From Rhabdochlamydiaceae bacterium (GTDB lineage Bacteria > Chlamydiota > Chlamydiia > Chlamydiales > Rhabdochlamydiaceae), in the NCBI GenBank assembly GCA_047459655.1, contig JAJREF010000004.1:1-16005 (forward strand): a DNA stretch of 16,005 nt. Reading direction: 5' to 3'. The position numbers and the translations under genes were made by a program. This document shows, one piece after another, positions 8,129 through 16,005 of the stretch. The notes under the pieces were generated by a model. The model did no database searches and was not told the DNA's origin. It saw only the letters and a program-made list of their open reading frames with translations. The stretch's first letter is position 1; the number at the start of each line of letters is the position of its first letter.

Positions 8129-9685
8129 GTGAAGAGCATTATATTAAAAAGCCTTTTAGGATTCAGCATTCTTACGGGCAGCGTTCTCGGGGAAGATCTT
8201 TTTTTGAAGAACCGATGAGTTTAGAAAGAGGATGCGCACACCATCTCTTTCAAGAAGTGCCTGTCATTGAGTTTATCCGTTTTGTCAGCCGTATTTCTCA
8301 TGAGAATTTCATTTTCGATGATAAGGAGTTGGGTTTTAATATTTCTCTTTCTTCTGGAAAACCCGTAAGCTCATCTCAGGTGCTACAGGCACTTGTCAAG
8401 ATTTTAAAAGTACATGGTTTTACAGTGCACAAAGAAGAAGGATATTTAGTCATCCACCGGATATCTGCAAAAGATGCTGATAAAAATTCTTTTTTAGAAA
8501 GAGCCTCAAAACCTAAAGTAGAAACAGAAAAATTTTAGAGCTCCATCAACCTCTTTCTCCTCTTTGAAAGATGTTGATCCTGATTTTTTGGTTTATAAAG
8601 TGCAGTACCACTCAGGTGATGAGATTGAAAGTGCCATCAAAAAAATAGCTCTTGATCTAAAAACTAAGCCCCATACATCTCATAAATATATTGATACGAT
8701 CAATTCTATTCAGTGGATCAAGGCTACAAACTCTCTTGTCTGTTCAGGAGATCCTGATACGCTTTCAAGCGTAAAAAAGCTCATCGAAAGTTTAGATGTT
8801 GCCTTAAGGCAAGTATTTATTGAAGTTCTGGTTGTAGAAACAGATACGAGAAAGTCGAGCGAGTTTGGGCTGGAGTGGGCAGCGGGAGGCAAAGTTCGGG
8901 ATTCAATTGGTTTTGGAACAGGCAGTTTTTCTCCTAAGGGTAACACTTCCTCTTTTGCATCGACTTTTAAAGGTATCAATGGACAAAATACGCCAACAGG
9001 TACAAGCCAAATTCCTCTAGGCAGAGGTTTTGATATGGGTGTGATCGGAGATATCATTTTTCATAAGGGGGCTTCTTTTCTCTCATTAGGGGCTTTGGTC
9101 TCAGCGCTTCAACAAGACAAAGACACCGCAATTGTTTTAAATCAAAAAATTATTACGCAAGACAATAAAAACTCTACGATCTTTGTGGGGATAATATTCC
9201 TTTTGCAGGTTCTCGTGTGGAAACGATCGGAAGTGGGCAGCAAACAACTTCTAACATTGAATACCGAGATGTGGAGTGTGACTTTAAGCATTACTCCTCG
9301 TCTTGGAGAGGGGAATGTGATCACTCTTGATATCAATGAAATCATTACCGAGGCTGTTGAAAATGATTTGCACGGTGGAAGTGGGATTCACGGGATTCAT
9401 ACGACTAAAACCAACATGATGACCCATGTGCATGTCCCTGATAAACACTTTTTGGTATTGAGCGGGATGATCCGTAATTCTAAGAGAAATCAAAAAGCAG
9501 GAGTTCCTTGCTTAGGCAGTCTTCCTTTGATAGGTGCTCTTTTTAGCAAAGATGTAAAGAAAAGTGAAAAACGTAATGTGATTGTATTTGTTAGACCCCA
9601 TATCATCAGTTCAATGGATGATTATCAAAATCTCACGCAGCAGCAAGAGGGCTTTTCAGAGCTTCCAGCACCACCTGTTCAATAG
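8129..9685 (+). CDS. Secretin, chlamydial CdsC/SctC-like, compact (~520 aa; apparent read frameshifts)
   Basis: GTG at 8129 gives the signal-peptide-like MKSIILKSLLGFSILTGSVLG. It is followed by an N-domain (FQEVPVIEFIRFVSRISHENFIFD...LKVHG), an N3-like FLVYKVQY...INSIQWIKATNSLV...LD..LRQVFIEVLVVE, and a secretin core ending VLSGMIR...GVPCLGSLPLIGALFS...KRNVIVFVRPHII. Confidence 0.88.
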
Positions 9686-12600
9686 TAAGGCGCTTTTACG
9701 TGTATTTCACGATTTCTAGGCTCAACATTTCGAGCTAGTCGTAGGGACGTCGCAAGCAGATTTTCGAAGTCTTTTCGAACCTCCGATTCTTCCGGACAGG
9801 GGGCATGGATTCTGGCACAATATTCTTTTGTCCCTTTTGAAAAGGTATTGTGAAAGTCGGGAAGATATCCTTGAAAAACTGTTTGAATTGACTGTTCAGG
9901 AAATTTACCAAAATTGAAACGATCCCATAATAAAGTAGGGTTCTCTTCTCGGTTCACAAAAAGGATCCCTTCGTTTGCTAAAGCTCGCAAGAAGCCGTGC
10001 GGATTTCCCATTTGTTTCATGCATTCTTCTGCTTCAGCCAAGCTTTTTGCTCTCTTAGATAGTTTATGTATAGTTTCTTGAATATCAGCTACAGCTTTTT
10101 CAATTGGAGGAAGCTGAACGCTGGCTGCTTCTATATTTTTTATAGTAACGCGCATTGCAGGCAGTGTTTCGGCAAACATAGTTTGGCAATCCTTCATAGA
10201 GCAATCTCTTGCACTTACTATATTTGAGCCATGCACCTCATGCAGGATCCGGCCATAAACAAGATCGAAGGGAGGGGCTGTTTCTAAATTGGCTAACCAA
10301 CTTTCTCGATCAAAGATTGGTGTAGTTCCAAAGTATCCCTTAAACTGCATTACTTGGGAGATACGAACCCGGTAAAAACGTTTTGCAATCTATTTAGATT
10401 TTCTACCGAAGGGTTCTTGCGGAGTTCCTCCTGAGCAGCTTTGATTTGCTTCAATTGTTGGATAAAAGCGCTTCCGCAATTTCTAATTTTATCATTAGTA
10501 TGAGGACGTTCGAAGTTTTTTATAGTAAGAAATTGGTGATCGCGTGCCTGTAGTCCTTCCCTTAATGAGTCACTAATGTTAAAGGTTGATGCGTCTTGAG
10601 CGACAGCAAATGCCCGACGCCGCTGCTCTTCTAGCCTTTCTTGCTGTCTTTTTAAGTTTGCTAATTCCTCTTGGAAGGCCTTAGCGGCTGTTTCTAATTT
10701 TGATTGCATTCTGCATACACATTGGGAGGAAAATTTTCTGTGGGCTCTTCTTGAAAAATAGGAGTAAGCCATTCATTGTCCAAAGGGATTTGAACAGCAA
10801 TGGCATTTCCGGCTCCAACTATGAGGCTATTTCCTTCTCTATTTAAAAAAACGGGATCTTACCCCCCGTTTTAGAAATTCCAAACGATGTTAAGGAAAAA
10901 TGGGTAAGCATCTGGCCAAAATTTTCGTCTACATGAAGAGTGGGAACAAGTTGTGTTCCAGTAACATTTGTCAGTTCTGTTTGTCGCAACTCATCTGTAT
11001 TTATGGGAACAGTGATATTGTCTGTTTTTTTCAACACTGCGCCTTTCATGTTCCTAAGAAGAGGAGAATGGTCAACACCTAACTGCGAATCCTCACGCAA
11101 ATCAATAAGCTGATAATTAGTGTTTTTTTGATCAGCTGGAAGCCCTACCCACGTGTTAGCTTCTTCTTGTGAAATAAATAGATGGGGATCGGAATGATTC
11201 GTGGGGATCAACCCAAAATGGGAGACAATGTTACTATGTTGCATATGTGGGCTAAGAAAAATTTTCTGACGCAAATGGGGATGGATCTGAGATTTTAATC
11301 TTTCAAAATCATCATAGGAACGCCCACCGGATTTGCAAACCAATCTTTGGGCGTTGAAAAATTGGGCTGTTTGGTCATTCTCAAGCCTGAAGGAGGAAGT
11401 CGATCGAGATTCTCAGTGAGGCTTGTACTGATCTGGACGGCAACAGATTCAGCTAGACTTTGTGCCTGCGCCTGAGCTAACGCCATAGCAACAGCCTCAG
11501 CGGCAGTGTTTACAGTAGAAACTTCAACAGCCCGATTTTCAGGATAACGAGTTTCAAAAAGCTGTTTTGAAAAATCGACGCGTTGATGGAAAAATGTGAG
11601 GTCAATCGTTTCATCTATTTGCAGATTTCCGAGCGTATCATGAGACAAGGCATTCAATTGAAATAATTTTTCCCTCGACGCATTGACCTGCTCATGTATG
11701 AATTGATCTCTTCCTATAGCGCGCAAAGAGCCACCATACTTCCCTTCCAAGGTTGTGATAGCTCGTTCCACCAATGGGGTGATTTCATCTCTTTTCTGAG
11801 AAAATTGAGATAAGCTGCCCGTATATCAGGATGAGAAAGATCTTGATTGGAAAAAATTTGATGTTCTATATGACTAGCAGCCTGTTTTAGATGCGCCTCA
11901 AGCTCTTTTCTAAACAATAAGAGGGCATTATTCGCCTCCTCTTCTTTCTCACGTAGGCGAAGATATCTTGCAACATCTTTTGCATCGATAGCGATCTTTT
12001 CTCTCTTGAGCATCTGGTGAAAAGAACCGGTCAAAGCAAAGGTAAAGGTTTGCTCTGAAGAGCGGTTCACAAGGCTTCTAAAGCGAAGGACACCCTGCTT
12101 TGCGTCGTTATTCGGCACGTTTTCATCCATGGTTATAAGAGCATGGGTTCCGTCTGCTTGTTTGATATCAGAACCACGCGTATTTTTTGTCCATAGAAAG
12201 AAAAATATGCTTTTCTAGGAAGAGCTGCTAATTCCATTTCCGTTGTGCAAGGGATAGGGGGATGTCTGGGCCTCGGTAGACCCTCTTCACATTATCTTTC
12301 CCATAATAGACAATCCCTTCGATTTCTTGAATTTTCGGATGTCCTTGGAGACGGTGCCACAATTCAACCACAATTGTTTCTGGCGTTCCATCACGACTCT
12401 TGCAAAATCCCTGCAACATCAATGATTGCGCGAGTGTTTTCATTTGCATGAGCAAGAAGAGAGTCGAGAGTGTGTCCCAAATAATCTTCTTCATTATCAC
12501 CAATTGGAGGAAGAATGGCGATGGGCGCATTGTTATCGCGTCCCATAATCTCAAGACTCAGCTTTGCATCGGCACCAGGGTCGTTAGCTGCTCTTTCAAA

Positions 12601-14753
12601 GTAGGAAGAGGTACTGCTCACAGTTCCGGAACATCCTCTGATTTGATCTTTCGGTGAGCCCATCTCATAGCGATTGCTATTAGCTCGAGCTTCGTCAGTA
12701 CGAACCTGTGTTGCGACGACAGCCATTCCAAAATAAGAACGCACCGCTGGGGATGGCTTTTCCAAGAAGTCTTGATGAAAGCGCACTTTTGCCTGTTCGA
12801 TCTCAGCAGGATCAAGGAGCCCGGAAAGACGAGTCAGACAATCGATAAATGGCTCTCCAGCCTTGTTTCGAACATCTGTTACAATATCCATCAAAAAGGG
12901 AGGAAGTTTTTGCTTTTTTGTTTGAGTAACAAGGAATTTAAGGTGTGGTTCTTCAAAAACTGTTTCCGTGGAGTTATAATAACGCATCGTTGTAATTGCT
13001 GCCACTTCCGTATTTGTCAAAAATCGACATCCCTTTTGGAGTATTTGCTCCATCATAAGGAACTGCAATCAACAGATCTGATTCAGAATCTGGATCGTAA
13101 TATAAAGTCCTTTTTCCTTCTACCTCTGTAAAGCGGGTACCAAAATGGGTGTTTGGCTGTTTATCCGCGACAAAAGCAAGAAAATTCGGATCAAGCAAGA
13201 TTGCGCGAATCAAGAATACGCCTGCACGGCCTTCCAGACTAAGAGTGTTGAGATGATTTCTTAAATTCGGTGTAATCTCTTCTTTGGGGTCAGTCACATA
13301 TCGAGAAAAAACGTCTTCTGGAATTTCTAAAATAGCTAGCATCTTTCTAGCGAGGCTATCTCTAGGCTCATGGCGATGAGCTGTAACGCAATCAATCAAT
13401 CGTGATAAAGGAAGGATTGCATTTGGATCAATTGGTAGCTTTCCTCCTTCAGTAAAGTTTACGTCGCATGCTCTAAAATCTTGCGTTGCATCAAGCTCAT
13501 CGAAGATTGTATAGGTAATCATGGAGCGAATGCGTCCTAGCATTTGCTTGCACAGGGTGCATAGTCTTTGTTCTTCATCGGTACAATCTTTTGCATTAAG
13601 AGCGAGAAATCCAAAAGCAAGCTCTTGAGCCTCCATACTTTGTCGAATTTCTGGTGGCTGAATCAGTACAAGGCCTTCATTGCGGGCAGTCTCATAGAAA
13701 TGTAAGCGGCTTTCAAGATCTCTTAAAATCCACTGGAGCGAAGCACGCTTATTGTCAGGATCAATTTGGTAGCGCGAAAATTCTCGGTCTTTAATGACAT
13801 TCGAGCCTAAAATCCCTCCAATTCGCCGATCAAACGACACTGCGTTATCTTGAAGCACTGCCTTGGGGACGACATAACGAATCAACGATTTTTCTTTCGG
13901 AGGCTTATGCGCCTCTTTTGCTATTTTAATCAGAGCAAGTAGAGGAAGAAGAGCTGTCTTTCCAAATCCCATGCGCGCCTGGATAGCAGCGAGCGCTTCA
14001 GGATTTTCCGTATCAAGCATTAAAGAGCGGAATAATTGAATCTGCATCGCATTGCAGCGAGCTCCATAATCTTCTTCAAAGAGAAGAAAAGCTAACTGCA
14101 TCGTTTGCTCTTCTTTTGTTGCCCCACAAAGAAGGGAATCGATCGGATATTGTCGGGCAGTGCTGAGCAATTCGATTTGATTGCGTTCTCCCTGTAAAGG
14201 AGCTTTAGCTACGTTATCGAGATGCTGGAGCTCTGTTTTATGAAGGAGATAACGAAGGAGAGCATTCCTTGCTGCTGTAAAGTCTGCTTTAGAAGGGGGG
14301 CTGCGATGGTCTGTAAAAAAACTCTTCTCTTAAATTCAGTGAGAGAAATATTGGCAGCATGGAGACGCTCTTCCAAGAAAAATTTTGCATCAAGCATTTT
14401 CTGCTCGTGCACTTCCCTTTCTTTTCGAGGGCTTCATTAGAAGCTATTATAGCTGCAGGATCTTTCCACGAGAAGGTAAAACTTGACTGCGCTGCTAGGA
14501 AGAGAAATTTATGGAGCCGATTTGCAACTTTTTCCCGAGTTTCTTGACTAAGAGGAAAATCTGCGATAAGCGCAAGAAGGTCTCCTTTTTGTGCTAAAGT
14601 TAGCGGGTGAGCTACGGAGAAGAGATAATCTTGCGCCGAGCGCTGTTGAATCCACCCTTTTGATTTCATTGACTCAAAGATTGTAGCTATATCTTTTTGG
14701 TTCAATCCAAAAAGACCATTTCCTTCGCTGTCAACGCTAAATTCACGTTTGGA
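9679..14753 (-). CDS. Giant DUF3638/DUF3645-type P-loop (SF2/SecA-like motif) protein, 5'-truncated, ~1700 aa visible if one gene (the distal 9679-10350 part could be a separate gene)
   Basis: Consecutive minus-strand ORF pieces carry LLFEEDYG..QIQL, QARMGFGKT (MGFGKT at 13955-13972), YVVP, IFDELD (~13490-13507), LIAVPY.GANTP..SIFD.TEVAAITTMRYY (DUF3645-like), GCSGT, AIIDVAGIL, RGSDIK and QGVLRFR. The order matches DUF3638-family proteins. Confidence 0.78.
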
Positions 14754-14802
14754 AGCGAATCGTTGAATGTTTTATGTTAACCTCGTTCAGTTACGTATTG
14801 CT
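14754..14802. other. Nanopore adapter remnants / chimera junction 2
   Basis: Degraded AGC(G)AAT-CGT followed by exact TCGTTCAGTTACGTATTGCT at 14783-14802. Confidence 0.93.
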
Positions 14803-14966
14803 AGTGGCTGATCACCTTGTCCATGTATGTCCATCTTGCGTCAATGATGACGCTCCGCTGCATCGATTGCGATCCCGTCGATGTCATGGCGTGGATAAAC
14901 GTGGGCACGCTCGAGCACCTGCGCCATCGTTGCCCTTCGTCCGCCCGCGGTCGGCGGCCCTTTGGG
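14803..14966. other. 164-bp GC-rich insert of unknown origin
   Basis: Bounded by adapters on both sides and visibly more GC-rich than its neighbours. No recognisable motif. Confidence 0.8.
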
Positions 14967-15005
14967 AGCAATACGTAACTTTAACACGTTCAGTTACGTA
15001 TTGCT
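14967..15005. other. Back-to-back Nanopore adapter remnants / chimera junction 3
   Basis: AGCAATACGTAACT (14967-14980) followed by CGTTCAGTTACGTATTGCT (14987-15005). Confidence 0.96.
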
Positions 15006-15634
15006 ACGATTCTATAAGCAAAAATTATCACACAAAGTCGAGAAGAGCCAATTAGTCCCAGTTTAGGGTCGTTGATTTCCACTATTTCGTCCGCTTGCCA
15101 CCATGTGGCTTGGTCATTGATTTTGAATCGCTCTGCCATGTTTTTTCGGTCTTCCCTTACCCCCATAAGCTTCTGGTTCGCCATATAGACAACAATTAGA
15201 GCGGATTCTCATCAGTTTACTTGCTTGGATATTTGCTGTTTGATTTACCCATGAACTATTGCCGTATTCACAATCTAATACTACCAAGACTTTTTGTTGA
15301 ATTGTTTTGCAGACTTCTTGGAGTTGCCATTTGGCTTTAGCTATCGGTGTTTCAAAGGATGTGATTCTTTCATGTCTTAAGGGTAATGCCCAACTTTTTT
15401 CCCCTTCGGGTAGCCAGACAATGGTGCTATAGCCTTGTCCTAATACTGTTCCACTTTTTGATGCCGCTGCTATGTTGATAGCCTCTATCTTTCATCGTTT
15501 TAGCATCCTTCAATTCCCATGCTGTATGATCTATTGCTAACAAAACATACTCCAGTTCTGGTATTTCCTGAACATACCTTTTCGTTAGCTGGTTGCGGTC
15601 GGGACGACAATCTTGCACCGCTTCGTATGTACTA

Positions 15635-15735
15635 AGTACCTAAGCAAAATTAATTACACATATCTAACCACCTCTTGCCTCTTGCCTTTTGCCTTTTGCC
15701 TATCTTCACTAGGAAATTAATTTTGCACGACTACT
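15635..15735. mobile_element. 101-bp MITE with imperfect TIRs and TA target duplication
   Basis: TIRs AGTACCTAAGCAAAATTAATT and (reverse complement) AGTAGTCGTGCAAAATTAATT match at 16/21. TA lies at 15633-15634 and 15736-15737. Excision restores TGG CAT AGT ACA TAC (WHSTY) in the transposase. Confidence 0.9.
15672..15699 (+). repeat. Four tandem heptamers CTYTTGC (cyanobacterial STRR-like) inside the MITE
   Basis: CTCTTGC CTCTTGC CTTTTGC CTTTTGC. Confidence 0.85.
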
Positions 15736-15901
15736 TATGCCATTCTCTTAAAAAAGGGCGACAGTGAAAAATCTCCTATGCAATAGGCATTTCTGGTGGT
15801 CATGATGCTATCCATTAAGTCAAAGGTTGCCATCTTCAGCATTACCTAACTTTTGGTCTATGCTGTCTTGGCGAAATCTGCTATATCTGTTATATTCGCT
15901 C

Positions 15902-15947
15902 ATAGAGAGAAGATAAATTCACTTCACATCTTTTATTTTCTCTCTAT
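15902..15947 (-). promoter_or_regulatory. 16-bp stem-loop overlapping the transposase start codon
   Basis: ATAGAGAGAAGATAAA (15902-15917) and TTTATTTTCTCTCTAT (15932-15947) pair at 15/16. The stem includes the A and T of the minus-strand ATG. Confidence 0.6.
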
Positions 15948-16005
15948 TTGGCTTCATTCTTTGCCTTTTTTTCTGCTTCGGTTTTTCCTTTAGTCTAAAC
16001 TACAG

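Larger units (their letters stand above)
15006..15903 (-). pseudogene. Cyanobacterial-type DDE transposase (IS701-like/DDE_5), interrupted by a MITE and 3'-truncated by the junction
   Basis: Reads across indels MSEYNRY..FRQ...LGNA.DATFDLMDSIMTTRNAY...SLSPFFKREWH|STYEAVQDCRP...LLAIDHTAW...GQGYSTIVWLPE..SWALPLRHERITS...VLVVLDCEYG...MRIRSN..LYGEP..YGGKGRPKKHG. Confidence 0.85.

Noticed and set aside
8116..8205. ATG at 8116 as the secretin start
   Set aside because: That frame lacks a signal peptide. The GTG at 8129 frame gives one and joins the main frame at a T homopolymer near 8199-8205.
4412..14753. Widespread pseudogenisation or programmed frameshifting in ftsK, uppP, the secretin and the giant gene
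   Set aside because: Indels occur in the ciliate, chlamydial and cyanobacterial segments alike, often at homopolymers, and also affect the tRNA and the essential ftsK. Single-read error is the simpler explanation.
7690..14753. Genomic island integrated at tRNA-His
   Set aside because: No integrase or duplicated tRNA 3' end is visible, and the secretin and giant gene lie on the 5' side of the tRNA.
14774..15055. 93-aa plus-strand ORF
   Set aside because: It runs through two adapter junctions and unrelated molecules.

Overview
This window is not one genomic locus. It is a chimeric, error-prone Oxford Nanopore-type read made of four unrelated molecules joined at ligation-adapter remnants (TCGTTCAGTTACGTATTGCT / AGCAATACGTAACT) at about 1-12, 3218-3262, 14754-14802 and 14967-15005. 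(1) 13-3217 is a complete telomere-to-telomere ciliate macronuclear nanochromosome with 20-bp C4A4 telomeres and TAA/TAG read as Gln. It encodes one intron-containing YVH1/DUSP12-like dual-specificity phosphatase with a zinc-binding domain. (2) About 3263-14753 is a fragment of an environmental chlamydial genome: an MBL-fold hydrolase, a small 2-TM protein, ftsK, uppP, tRNA-His, two families of palindromic MITE-like elements with 4-bp flanking direct repeats, a compact stand-alone CdsC/SctC-like secretin, and a convergent, 5'-truncated giant DUF3638/DUF3645 P-loop protein. (3) 14803-14966 is a 164-bp GC-rich fragment of unknown origin. (4) 15006-16005 is a cyanobacterial-type DDE transposase interrupted by a 101-bp MITE with a TA duplication. 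Most ORF breaks look like read indels rather than pseudogenes. Family assignments come from motifs recognised by eye; no database search was run.
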